Part shown: in pieces, positions 1-10,305 of the stretch
Layout: every line of letters starts with the position of its first letter
Position numbering within the stretch: the first letter of the stretch is position 1
NCBI GenBank assembly: GCA_963816185.1
Contig: CAWFJJ010000008.1
Span: 1 to 64,000, forward strand
Length of the DNA: 64,000 nt
Reading direction: 5' to 3'
Origin: Thermoanaerobaculia bacterium
GTDB taxonomy: Bacteria; Acidobacteriota; Thermoanaerobaculia; UBA5066
The notes under the pieces: generated by a model
The model's database searches: none
The model's input: the letters and a program-made list of their open reading frames with translations, nothing else
What the model was told of the DNA's origin: nothing
Position numbers and translations under genes: made by a program

Positions 1-507
1 CAACCTCTGCGCGCGGACGGCCTTCTCCTGGCCGGCGCGGAACTTCTTGAGCTTGGCGCGGAGCTTCGGATCTTTGACCGCGAGGATGGCGACGGCGAGG
101 AGGGCGGCGTTCACAGCGCCGGGCTTTCCGATGCCGAGCGTTCCGACGGGAACGCCGGCGGGCATCTGAACGGTCGACAGGAGCGAGTCGAGGCCCTTCA
201 GGGAAGCGCTTTCCATCGGGACGCCGAGCACGGGCAGGATCGTGTGCGAGGCGAGGACTCCCGCGAGATGCGCGGCGCCGCCGGCGGCGGCGATGATCAC
301 GGCGAGACCGCGCTTCTCGGCGCTCGCGGCCCATTCGGCGGTGAGCTTCGGGCTCCGGTGCGCGGACATGACGCGGCACTCGTGCGCGACGCCGAAGCGC
401 GTCAGCAGCTCGTCGGCGTGCTTCATCGTCTCCCAGTCGGAGGTCGAGCCCATGACGACGCCCACGAGAGGACCGGCGGGGCGCCGCGGGCGGCCGGCCT
501 TCTTCAT
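1..507 (-). CDS. purE: N5-carboxyaminoimidazole ribonucleotide mutase (3' end runs off the window)
   Basis: Hand translation of the minus strand: VGVVMGSTSDW...SAHRSP...AGGAAHLAG...GLDSLLSTVQMPAGVPVGT, which are PurE motifs; ATG at 507. Confidence 0.95.
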   Translation of the reverse strand, partial: MKKAGRPRRPAGPLVGVVMGSTSDWETMKHADELLTRFGVAHECRVMSAHRSPKLTAEWAASAEKRGLAVIIAAAGGAAHLAGVLASHTILPVLGVPMESASLKGLDSLLSTVQMPAGVPVGTLGIGKPGAVNAALLAVAILAVKDPKLRAKLKKFRAGQEKAVRAQRL

Positions 508-534
508 GGGCGCGATCCTACCCTCTCGGCGCCC

Positions 535-1392
535 TCAGACGCTCCAGGCGCGCGCGGTCTCGGCCGCGAACTCCTCGAAGCGCCGTGCCGGATGCCCGAG
601 GAGCGCGGTCTGGCGCTCGAGGTCTTCGGCCGTCGCCTTCAGACCGCGCTCCTGGAAGAACGCATACATGAGCCTCAGGTCGAAGGCCAGGAATGCGGGG
701 AGGAAGGCGAGGGATTGCTTTTCCCAAGCGTCCAGGTCGTCCCCTGCGTACGTGATCCTTCGCCCGAGGACGTTCCCCCAGACTTCCGCGGTCGAGGCGC
801 CCGTGTGGACGTCCGGTCCGACGAGGTTGACGGTCCGGCCGTCGTTTCCGTCCGAGGTGAGGGCGATCGCGGCGGCCTCCGCGATGTCGCGCACGTCCAC
901 ACGCGAAAGGCCGGCGCTCCCGATCGGCTGCGGATAGACGCCGAATCCGAGCAGGACGTCCTTGTACCGGTCGTCGTTCTGAAAGAAATTGTTCGGCCGG
1001 AGAATCGTGAACGGGATCCCGGAGGCCCTGATTGCCGCCTCGACGGAGATCTTCGAGCCGAAGTGGGGGAGATGGGGCGCCTTGTCCACGTCGTGAACGG
1101 ACAGGTAAACGACCTTCTTCACGGCGCCGAGACGCGCACCGTCGACGGCCATCAGGCCTTCGTGGCACTCGGTCGTGCCGAGGGCGTTGAGCAGGAAGAC
1201 GCCGTCCATTCCTGCGAACGCCGAGCGCACCGTCGAAGGGTCGAGCAAGTCGCCCGCGACGGCCTTCACGCCCGGAGGGAGAGGCTTCTTCGGATCGCGC
1301 GTGAGGACGGACACGTCCGCGCCGCGCGAGAGAAGCTCCCGCACGACCTGAGACCCGACGGTGCCCGTACCGCCGAGGACGAGGACCTTCAT
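535..1392 (-). CDS. NmrA-family NAD(P)H-binding protein (atypical SDR)
   Basis: GGTGTVG Rossmann motif, PHFGSK, TILRPNNFFQN, VDVRDIAE. Confidence 0.85.
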   Translation of the reverse strand: MKVLVLGGTGTVGSQVVRELLSRGADVSVLTRDPKKPLPPGVKAVAGDLLDPSTVRSAFAGMDGVFLLNALGTTECHEGLMAVDGARLGAVKKVVYLSVHDVDKAPHLPHFGSKISVEAAIRASGIPFTILRPNNFFQNDDRYKDVLLGFGVYPQPIGSAGLSRVDVRDIAEAAAIALTSDGNDGRTVNLVGPDVHTGASTAEVWGNVLGRRITYAGDDLDAWEKQSLAFLPAFLAFDLRLMYAFFQERGLKATAEDLERQTALLGHPARRFEEFAAETARAWSV

Positions 1393-1420
1393 CGTGATTT
1401 CGTGGCTTCCGTGACTCTCG

Positions 1421-2725
1421 TCATTTCCCCATGTGCTCGATGATCGCGTCTCCGAAACCGCTGCACTTCACTTCGGTGGCGCCTTCCATCTGGCGCGCGA
1501 AGTCGTACGTGACCGTCCGGGCCGCGATCGCCCCGTCCATGCCCTTCAGAACGAGATCGGCGGCTTCGTTCCAGCCCATGTACCGCAGCATCATCTCGCC
1601 TGACAGGATTTCGGATCCCGGGTTGACCTTGTCGAGGTTCGTGTATTTCGGCGCGGTCCCGTGCGTCGCCTCGAAGATGGCATGGCCGGTCACGTAGTTG
1701 ATGTTCCCGCCCGGCGCGATCCCGATGCCTCCGACCTGCGCCGCGAGGGCGTCCGAAAGGTAGTCGCCGTTGAGATTCAGGGTCGCAATGACGTCGAACT
1801 CGTCCGGGCGCGTGAGCACCTGCTGGAGCGTGATGTCCGCGATCGCGTCCTTGACGAGGAGCTTCCCGCCCGCGAGAGCGGCCTTCTGCTCGGCGTTCGC
1901 GGCGGCTTCGCCCTTCTCCTTCTTGGTCCTCTCCCACTGGTCCCAGGTGTACGTCTGGGCCTTGAATTCGCTCTCGGCGAGGGCGTAGCCGTAGTTCCGG
2001 AAGGCTCCTTCCGTGTACTTCATGATGTTGCCCTTGTGGACGAACGTGACGCTCTTGCTCTTGTGCGCGATCGCGTACTGGATCGCGGAGCGGACGAGGC
2101 GCTCGCTGCCTTCCTTCGAGACGGGCTTGATGCCGAAGCCGGTCGTCTCGGGGAAGCGGAGCTTCTTGTACTGCGCCGGAAAGTTCTCTTTCAAAAACGC
2201 GGCGATCTTCTTGGCCTCGTCGGTTCCGGCGGCGAACTCGATGCCCGCGTAGATGTCCTCGGTGTTCTCCCGGAAGATGACCATGTTCACCTTCTCGGGG
2301 TGCTTGACGGGGGAGGGCACTCCCCGGAACCAGCGCACGGGGCGAAGGCAGACGTAGAGGTCGAGGATCTGGCGCAGCGCGACGTTCAGCGACCGGATGC
2401 CGCCGCCGATGGGCGTCGTGAGCGGGCCCTTGATGCCGACGAGATACTCGCGGAACACGTCGATCGTCTCGTCCGGCAGCCACGTCTTCAGCTTGTCGAA
2501 CGCCTTCTGCCCCGCGTAGACCTCCATCCACTGGATCTGCTTCTTGCCCCCGTACGCTTTCGCGACGGCGGCGTCGAGAACGCGCACGGCGGCCCGCCAG
2601 ATGTCCGGGCCCGTTCCGTCGCCTTCGATGAAGGGGACGATGGGCCGGTCGGGGACCTGGAGCTTCCCGCCCGAGATCGTGATCTTCGCTCCCGAGGCGG
2701 GTACCGTGGGCTTGGCGCTGGACAT
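1421..2725 (-). CDS. icd: NADP-dependent isocitrate dehydrogenase
   Basis: [47 protein letters not shown]; SD AAGGAGG upstream of ATG 2725. Confidence 0.97.
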   Translation of the reverse strand: MSSAKPTVPASGAKITISGGKLQVPDRPIVPFIEGDGTGPDIWRAAVRVLDAAVAKAYGGKKQIQWMEVYAGQKAFDKLKTWLPDETIDVFREYLVGIKGPLTTPIGGGIRSLNVALRQILDLYVCLRPVRWFRGVPSPVKHPEKVNMVIFRENTEDIYAGIEFAAGTDEAKKIAAFLKENFPAQYKKLRFPETTGFGIKPVSKEGSERLVRSAIQYAIAHKSKSVTFVHKGNIMKYTEGAFRNYGYALAESEFKAQTYTWDQWERTKKEKGEAAANAEQKAALAGGKLLVKDAIADITLQQVLTRPDEFDVIATLNLNGDYLSDALAAQVGGIGIAPGGNINYVTGHAIFEATHGTAPKYTNLDKVNPGSEILSGEMMLRYMGWNEAADLVLKGMDGAIAARTVTYDFARQMEGATEVKCSGFGDAIIEHMGK

Positions 2726-2877
2726 GGATGGCCTCCTTCGTGGGCGCGAATCATAGGTCGAACGGCGGGCCTCAAACCGGCGCCTGATGCATCTGCACTG
2801 GTCTCCCGCCGGGCCCGACGGAACCATGCTTCGTCGGGCTCTGGTTTTCCCCCAGCCGCCCACAGAAAGGACGTTCC

Positions 2878-4030
2878 ATGGCGAAACGCAAGACTGAAGT
2901 TCTCGACAAGAAGGCCGACCTCGCCGGCCCGGGCATCGGAAACTACGAGGATCTGGAGAAGATCCTCCCGACCGACTACACGCCGCTTCTCGACGCGAAA
3001 CAGACGCAGCGGGCGATCACGGCGGTCAAGACGGTACATCGAAGACGGCCTTTGCCGCGAGCTGAACCTCATGCGCGTGGAGGTCCCCCTCATCGTCGAC
3101 GCCGAGAGCGGCGTGAACGACTACCTCGACCGCGACGGCTCACGCGGTCCCGTGACGTTCCACATCGCGAACGACAACGGCAAGCACCCCATCGACGCGC
3201 AGGTCGTCCAGGCCGCGACGAAATGGAAGAGGATCGCGCTGAAGCAATTCGGGATGAATCCCGGCGAAGGGCTCGTCACCGACATGCGCGCGGTCCGCAA
3301 GGACTACTTCCTCGACCACGACCACAGCGCCTACGTCGACCAGTGGGACTGGGAGAGGGTCATCACGCCCGGCGAGCGCAGCCTCGACTTCCTCACGAAG
3401 ATCGTGGAGGGCATCTGGAAAGTGATCAAGGGCGCCGAAGACTTCGCGCTCGACAGCTTTCCGGACCTGAAGAAGAGGAAGCTTCCGCGCCTGCCCGAGA
3501 AGCTCGCCTTCCTGCACGCCGAGGAGATCCTCGACAAGTTTCCCGACCTGCCGCGAAAGGCGCGGGAGACCGCGATCCTTCAGGAGCATCCGGCGGTCTT
3601 CATCTACGGCATCGGCTGGACGCTGAAGGACGGCTATCCGCACGAGATGCGCGCGGCGGACTACGACGACTGGGTCAGCGAGACGCACACGAAGGACGGG
3701 CGTGCGATGCACGGCCTGAACGGCGACATCCTCGTGTGGAACCCGATCACGAAGAGGCGGCACGAGCTTTCGTCGATGGGCATCCGCGTGAACGCCGAGA
3801 CGCTGAAGAAACAGCTCGAGCTCACGCACCAGCTCCACTTCCTCAAGTACCCCTATCACCAGGGGATCGTGAACGGCACGCTTCCGCTCTCGATCGGCGG
3901 CGGCATCGGTCAGTCGCGAGTCCTGATGCTCCTCCTCCGGAAGGCGCACCTCGGCGAGGTCAGCGTCACGGTCTGGCCGAAGGTCCTGAAGGAGATGTGC
4001 GCCAAGCGCAGCATCCACGTCATCGAGTAA
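2878..4030 (+). CDS. asnA: Aspartate-ammonia ligase, frameshifted near 3031-3034
   Basis: N-terminus in ORF 2878 (TQRAITAVK), remainder in another frame ([47 protein letters not shown]). Confidence 0.93.
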
Positions 4031-6347
4031 CGCCGGGCCGGGTCCTGGCGCGGCTGCCGAGCCACGCGAGGGAGGCGAGCCCGAGGACCGAAAGAGCCGC
4101 GCCGAGAACGAAGGAGCGGGGGCGATATCGCACACGGACCCCCCACGATCCGGCGGGGACCGGGATGGCCATGAAAGGTCCGTTTGCTCGGTAGACGATC
4201 GCCGAGCGGCCGGCGACGTCTGCGGTCCAGCCCGGGTCGAAGGCGTCGGCGAGGACGAGCCATCCTCCGCCCTCGCTTTCGACCCGCGCTTCGATCGCGC
4301 CGGAGCCGCGCGAGAGCACCTCGACGCGCCCGGGCCTTCCGTCTCCGGCCGGGGCCGGCGGGCTCGCCGCGTCCACGAAGAGCTCCCGGCTCGCCCGCTC
4401 GTCGCCGGCCCCGAGGAGCCGGTTGAACGTCCGCAGGCCGGGGTCGGCGTAGGCGCGGCCGAGGAAGCGAACGCGCGGCAGCACGTCCGCCAGCTCGTAG
4501 GCCCGGCCATCGGGCTGGTCGTAGACGAGCGAGAGCCGGAAGCCTGTTCGCCGCTCGAACTCCGGGGTGTCGAGCCGTGGGTTCTGCGGGTCGTCCAGCC
4601 AATACTTGAGACTTGCGAGCTCGGCGACCCGCCGGTTCGCGAGCCTCTGCGGGTCGACGGGGCTGAAGAAGCTCGCGGCGTCGTAGCCGCCGAGCTTCCG
4701 GAGGAAGACCGCCTGCTCGAGCGAGTCGATCGCGTCGTAGGACATGACGCTCGGGATGTCGTAGGGGAGGTTCAGGTTCGGCGGCATGAGCCGGCCGAGC
4801 GGCACGACCCTCGAGCGGCCGGTGTTCCTCCGCAGAAAGTCGGTGAGCCGGGTCGGGAAGAAGGAAAGGCCGCGGTCCACGGCGCCGTAGTAACCGAACG
4901 CGACGTGCCAGAGATCGAACGTCACGAGAGCGAGGGTCGCCATCGTCCGGAGAGCCCCGTTACGAAAAGGACAGAGCGCGAGGAGGAGCGGGCCAAAGAG
5001 GAAGAGGAGAGCGAGACGCGTCTCCGGCACGGCGGTCACGTGGAGGAGCCGATCCGGCACGGCGCGCCCGAGAGTCAGGATTCCGGCGCCGGCGACGGCG
5101 GCGAAGAGCGCCGGAACGGCGAAGAGGCGCCAGACGATCGACCGCCTCCGTGCTCGCAAGAGGGCGAGAAGACGATCCCAGCCGAAGGCGCCCAGCGTCA
5201 CGACGGCGAGAGCCGCGATGTGGAGCGACCGGTGCGTCATCGTCCGGTCGAGCGGCGGCAGCGCCCCGAGAAGCGAGAGAGGCGGAAGGCCGTAGGCCAG
5301 GGCCACGGGAGGAATGCCAAAGGCGAGGATCGGCAGGGTCCGGCGCAAGCGCACGGTGGCGATCGCCACCCCCGCGAGGCACAGCATCGAAGAGCCGGCA
5401 AATGCCGCCGAATCGAGGAACCCGGGAGGCCATTTCGTGCCGTCCATCGGGCGGCCGAAGAAGAGCGGGACGATCCACGTCAACATCCACGACTTCGCCA
5501 GGATGAGCGAGGCATGCTTCTGCTCGAGGAGCACGCGACTGTGCGCGAGATATTCGAGGAAAGGCACGATCTGGATCGCGGCGGCGAGCGTGCCGAGGAC
5601 TCCTCCGAGGGCGAGGAAGGCGCCGGACCGCACGGTCCTGACCGCAAACGCCTTCGGCAAGGAGAAAGCCCAGACGAGAAGGGCGGCGAGGAGGTCGAGG
5701 AACGCCGACTCCGGATGCCCACCGAGGTGCATCGCGAAGAGCGTGAGACCGAGTCCGAACGCGGGCCCGGGACCGGGGGCCCGAGCGAGCCGGACGGACC
5801 ACAGGAGGAACAGCGGCAAGAGCATGTTGACGTTCGCGTGCGGCCACGCGAGCCACGTCACGAAGGGAAGCGTGTACGCGAACGCGAAGCCGCCGAGCGT
5901 CGAGGCGGCGCGGGAGCGGCCGAGAGAACGCAGCCACAGGAAGGCCGTCGCTCCCGCGACGAGCAGGCGGCTCGCCAGGACGAGCGTCCAGGCCCAGGGG
6001 CCGAGGAGGGCGAGGAACGTCAGCGGGGAAAAGGACGCGGTCTGCGGATTCGCGGCGAACGGCAGGCCGAGGCCCGAGTCCGCGTTCCACAGAGGCCAGT
6101 GGCCCGAGCGAAGCTCGTCGCCCCATCTCACGAACCATGGATAGAACTGAAGGATGACGTCGGGGAGCTCCGAGTTGTGGTCGACATGAGCCCGAAAGTA
6201 GGCACCCCAGGGATAGAACGCCTGCAGGAGCTCGGCCGGCACGACGATGCCGCGAATCAGGATCGCGGGCGAGAAGAAAAGCGCGACGCCCGCGGAGTGA
6301 AGGAGAAGAAAGAAGGCGAACGGTTGTCTCCGCGCCCAGCCCTTCAT
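4020..6347 (-). CDS. YfhO-family polytopic membrane protein (GT-C glycosyltransferase-like)
   Basis: PLWNADSGLGLPFAANPQ N-terminal motif, many TM segments, C-terminal LADAFDPGW...ANGPFMAIPVPAG...YRP; ATG overlaps the aceK stop. Confidence 0.85.
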   Translation of the reverse strand: MKGWARRQPFAFFLLLHSAGVALFFSPAILIRGIVVPAELLQAFYPWGAYFRAHVDHNSELPDVILQFYPWFVRWGDELRSGHWPLWNADSGLGLPFAANPQTASFSPLTFLALLGPWAWTLVLASRLLVAGATAFLWLRSLGRSRAASTLGGFAFAYTLPFVTWLAWPHANVNMLLPLFLLWSVRLARAPGPGPAFGLGLTLFAMHLGGHPESAFLDLLAALLVWAFSLPKAFAVRTVRSGAFLALGGVLGTLAAAIQIVPFLEYLAHSRVLLEQKHASLILAKSWMLTWIVPLFFGRPMDGTKWPPGFLDSAAFAGSSMLCLAGVAIATVRLRRTLPILAFGIPPVALAYGLPPLSLLGALPPLDRTMTHRSLHIAALAVVTLGAFGWDRLLALLRARRRSIVWRLFAVPALFAAVAGAGILTLGRAVPDRLLHVTAVPETRLALLFLFGPLLLALCPFRNGALRTMATLALVTFDLWHVAFGYYGAVDRGLSFFPTRLTDFLRRNTGRSRVVPLGRLMPPNLNLPYDIPSVMSYDAIDSLEQAVFLRKLGGYDAASFFSPVDPQRLANRRVAELASLKYWLDDPQNPRLDTPEFERRTGFRLSLVYDQPDGRAYELADVLPRVRFLGRAYADPGLRTFNRLLGAGDERASRELFVDAASPPAPAGDGRPGRVEVLSRGSGAIEARVESEGGGWLVLADAFDPGWTADVAGRSAIVYRANGPFMAIPVPAGSWGVRVRYRPRSFVLGAALSVLGLASLAWLGSRARTRPGVTR

Positions 6348-8084
6348 GTCCGCCGCTCCTCGGGACCAGCCGCCTGGATGCGGCTCTCCGGCGGGTACGG
6401 GAAGACGTCGACGATCTCGCCCGCGCGAACGCGGCGCTGGAGATCGAGCCAGAAGCGCACGCCGAGAAGGTCGGAGTGGTGCTCGAGGAAAGCCTCGTGG
6501 GCGGCGCCCCTCAGGCCCATGAACGTCAGAAACTCCTCGGGGAAGACGTCGCCCTCTCCCACCCAGAACGGGGGTTGCTCCCCGAACCAGGAGACCTCCT
6601 CCAGGTCGGGCGGCAGCTCGCGAAAGTTCACGTCGGTGAGGAAGCAGATCTCGTCGTAGTCGTAGAAGACGACGCGGCCATGGCGCGTCAGCCCGAAGTT
6701 CTTGGGCAGAAGATCGCCGGGGAAGATGTTCGCCTTGGCGAGGTCCCGGATGGCCTCCCCGAAGTCGACCGCGGCGTTGCGCGCCGTTTCCGCGCCCGCG
6801 TCGCGGAGAAAAACGTCGAGCGGCGTGAGCCTCCTCTCGGTGAAGAGGTGATGGAGAACGACCTCGGAGCCGCGCCGCTCGACGGTCTCCGCGGCTCCGG
6901 CGATAAGTCTCTCGAGGAGCTCCGAGTCGAACCGCGAGACCGGGAACGAGAGGTGCTCGAACTCCTGGACGTCCTCGAGGCGTCCCGCGCGCGTGTGATG
7001 AAAGACGAGCCGGTACTTCCCCAGAACGTCCTGCCGGCCGGTGGTCTTCGGCGGCGCGAACGAGTCGCGGATGACCTTGAAGACGACGTCGTACGAGGGA
7101 AGCGTGAAGACGAGCATGACCATGCCGGCCGCACCGGGCGCCTCCACGAAACGGTCCTCCGACGAGGCGAGGTGACGCAGAAGGTCGCGGTAGAGCTCGG
7201 TCTTGCCGTGCTTGTTGAACCCGAGCGCGGTGTACAGCTCGGCCACGGGCTTCTTGGGCATGAGGGCCTTGAGGAAGGCCACGAGCGCCGCGGGCCTCGG
7301 GCACTCAACGTGGAAGTACGAGCGCGTGAAGCTGAACACGATCGAAGCCTCGTCCTCGTCGGCGAGGACGGCGTCGACCGTGACACACCCATCGCGATTC
7401 AGGAGGGCGATCGACGAGAGGGCGCGTTCGGTCGCCGCGTCGGATGCGTCCGATGAGGTAAGCGCCCTTGCTTCGGAAGAAGACGGGTGTGAGCATCTCG
7501 AGGGAATCGAAGAGGGGAGCCCCCCACGCCTGCGTGAGCGCCGTGTCGAGCTTCGCCGCGCCGAACGCGGCGTCGCGCGCGAGGTTCTCCCAGCCTGCGG
7601 CGAACGGGATCGCCGAAAGCGCCTTTTCGAGAATCGCCCGAGTCCCGGCTTTCCCGTCGAACGAAACAAGAAGTTCGGCTGCGGCATCGAGCGGGAGCGA
7701 AGAGGGCTCGGACGAGACGAACTCGGCGCGGGAATCCACGCCGACCGTGTGGAAGATCCGGCGGGAGGCCGAGTTGAAGAAGGTCTCGGCAAGCTCGAGG
7801 TCCGGCCGGTCTTCCGCGAGGCGCGCGAAGTTCGCCTTCATTTCCGTCCATAGCGCGACGTCCGTGACACCCTCGGAGAAAAGCGAGTCGAGATCCCGGA
7901 TCGCGGGGTCGAGCATGTGGCGATAGAGCTCGAGGCGCTCGAGGGCGTCGGCCCGTGTCCCGTGCCAGTCGCGCGCCGAGAAGCGCGCGGGGGCTCGGCG
8001 CGTAATCTCGCCGAACGCGCGCGTGTACTCCTCGTACGCACGAAGCAGCCGCTCGGCGCCTGTCTCGGCGGGCTCCTTGCTCAT
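6344..8084 (-). CDS. aceK: Bifunctional isocitrate dehydrogenase kinase/phosphatase, frameshifted near 7412
   Basis: ELAETFFNS, VFFRSKGAYLIGR in one frame; FSFTRSYF, KHGKTELYR, GMVMLVF, VFKVIRD, NIFPGDLLPKNFG, RVVFYDYDE in the next. Confidence 0.94.
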
Positions 8085-8170
8085 CGGCGGACTACCAAGA
8101 CGGTCACCCGGATCCCTCTTCCTGGCGCGGAATGCTAGCGCGGACCTCGGACTGGTACTCTGCCAAACCC

Positions 8171-8824
8171 ATGCTTCGAGCCGGACTCGTCGGCCTCCCG
8201 AACGTCGGGAAGTCGACGCTCTTCAACGCCCTCACGAGGACCCGCGAAGCCCGGATCGCGAACTACCCGTTCTGCACGATCGAGAAGAACGTCGGGCTCG
8301 TCACGGTGCCCGGTCCCCGCCCGGCCGCGTTCGAGCTCGTGGACATCGCAGGCCTCGTGAAGGGCGCGAGCAAAGGAGAAGGGCTCGGCAACAAGTTCCT
8401 CGTCGACATCCGCGAGGCGGACGCGATCGTCCAGGTCGTACGCTGCTTCGAGGACAGGGACATCATCCACGTCTCGGACACGCTCGATCCGATCTCCGAC
8501 ATCGAGACGATCACGGCGGAGCTCGTCCTCGCGGATCTCGGGACGCTCACGAAAAAGCCCACGCTTTTCGTGTGCAACGTCGCCGAGGGCGACCTCGTCC
8601 GCGCGGACGAGCTGCCGCTCGTGAAGATCGTCCGGGCGCGGGCCATGAAACAGGGCGCGGAAACGCTCGCGATCTCGGCCCGGCTCGAAGCCGACCTCGC
8701 CGGGCTTCCGGCTGAGGATGTGACTGCACTCTTCGCGTCGCACGGCCTCGGGGAGCCCCGGTCTGGAACGCTGATCCGCGCCGTCTACCGCCTCGCGGCG
8801 ACCGCACGAGGCGCGCACCGCTGA
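8171..8824 (+). CDS. Shortened YchF/Obg-like ATPase (G-domain only)
   Basis: [41 protein letters not shown]; helical and TGS domains absent. Confidence 0.85.
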   Translation: MLRAGLVGLPNVGKSTLFNALTRTREARIANYPFCTIEKNVGLVTVPGPRPAAFELVDIAGLVKGASKGEGLGNKFLVDIREADAIVQVVRCFEDRDIIHVSDTLDPISDIETITAELVLADLGTLTKKPTLFVCNVAEGDLVRADELPLVKIVRARAMKQGAETLAISARLEADLAGLPAEDVTALFASHGLGEPRSGTLIRAVYRLAATARGAHR

Positions 8825-8856
8825 TCCGGAGACGCCCGGGCTAGGATCTCCGCTCC

Positions 8857-10293
8857 ATGCCCGACCGGTCCGCTCCCCGCCCGGCCGACGCGACCGCGGA
8901 CGTTCGGTCCGGAGGGATCCTCTCGACCTTTCGCGAAGCCGTGCGCGGAACGCACGGGGACTTCACCGAAGGCCCGATCGGCCGCGCGGTGATCCTCCTC
9001 GCGGTCCCGATGGTTCTCGAGATGGCGCTCGAGTCGGTCTTCGCGGTCGTGGACGTGTTCTGGGTGGCGCGCCTCGGAGCCGCGTCCGTCGCGGCCGTGG
9101 GCCTCACGGAGTCGATGCTCGCCCTGATCTACGCTCTCGCGATCGGCCTCGCGATGGCCGCGACGGCGATGGTCGCGCGGCGGATCGGCGAGCGCGACCG
9201 GGAGCGCGCCGCGCGCACGGCCGTCCAGGCGATCGCGCTCGGCCTGGTCATCTCCTTGCCGCTCGGGGTGCTCGGGGCGCTTCTCGCGCCGCGCCTTCTC
9301 GCGTTCATGGGCGCGACGCCCGACGTTCTCAGCGTGGGCTCGCGCTTCACGGCCGTGATGCTCGGCGGCAACGTCGTGATCGTCCTTCTCTTCCTCATCA
9401 ACGCGATCTTCCGAGGGGCGGGCGACGCGGCGGTCGCCATGCGCGTCCTGTGGCTCGCGAACGCGATCAACCTCGTGCTCGACCCGTGTCTCATCTTCGG
9501 GCTGGGCCCCTTCCCGGCGCTCGGCGTCACGGGAGCGGCCGTCGCGACGACGACGGGCCGCGGGATCGCCGTCCTGCTCCAGCTCGTCACGCTCGCGCGC
9601 GGCACCTCGCACCTCTCGATTCGCCGGGATCACCTGCGCCTCGATCCGGCGACGATGCTCGCGCTGCTCCGGCTCTCGGGATCGGCGATCCTCCAATCGC
9701 TCATCGGCACGGCGAGCTGGATCGGCCTCGTGAGGATCCTCTCGACCTTCGGAAGCGCGGCGCTCGCCGGCTACACGATCGCGATCCGCATCGTCATCTT
9801 CGGGCTCCTGCCGTCCTGGGGCATGTCGAACGCGGCCGCGACGCTCGTGGGCCAGAACCTCGGCGCGAAGAAGCCCGACCGTGCCGCGCGTTCGGTGTTC
9901 CTCGCGGGCGCCTACAACATGGCGTTCCTCGCCGTCGTGGGCCTCCTCTTCGTGTCGATCCCGGGCACGCTCATCGGTCTCTTCACGCACGATCCCGACG
10001 TCGGGACCATCGCGACCCAGGGCCTGCGGATCATCGCCGCGGGGTTTCTCTTCTATGCGTGGGGCATGGTGCTCGTGCAGGCGTTCAACGGCGCCGGGGA
10101 CACGTGGACGCCCACCGTCATCAACTTCTTCGTCTTCTGGCTGTGGGAGATCCCGCTCGCGTACGTCCTCTCGGTGCGCGGCGGCTTCGGGCCGCGCGGC
10201 GTCTTCCTCGCGATCGCGATCGCGTTCTCGACGCTCGCGGTCGTCGGCGCGATCCTTTTCCGGCGGGGCAAGTGGAAGGAGAAGAAGGTCTAA
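8857..10293 (+). CDS. MATE-family efflux transporter
   Basis: LAVPMVLE, FRGAGD, NLVLDP..IFG, GQNLGA, about 12 TM segments. Confidence 0.93.
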   Translation: MPDRSAPRPADATADVRSGGILSTFREAVRGTHGDFTEGPIGRAVILLAVPMVLEMALESVFAVVDVFWVARLGAASVAAVGLTESMLALIYALAIGLAMAATAMVARRIGERDRERAARTAVQAIALGLVISLPLGVLGALLAPRLLAFMGATPDVLSVGSRFTAVMLGGNVVIVLLFLINAIFRGAGDAAVAMRVLWLANAINLVLDPCLIFGLGPFPALGVTGAAVATTTGRGIAVLLQLVTLARGTSHLSIRRDHLRLDPATMLALLRLSGSAILQSLIGTASWIGLVRILSTFGSAALAGYTIAIRIVIFGLLPSWGMSNAAATLVGQNLGAKKPDRAARSVFLAGAYNMAFLAVVGLLFVSIPGTLIGLFTHDPDVGTIATQGLRIIAAGFLFYAWGMVLVQAFNGAGDTWTPTVINFFVFWLWEIPLAYVLSVRGGFGPRGVFLAIAIAFSTLAVVGAILFRRGKWKEKKV

Positions 10294-10305
10294 ACTCCGC
10301 GCCCG

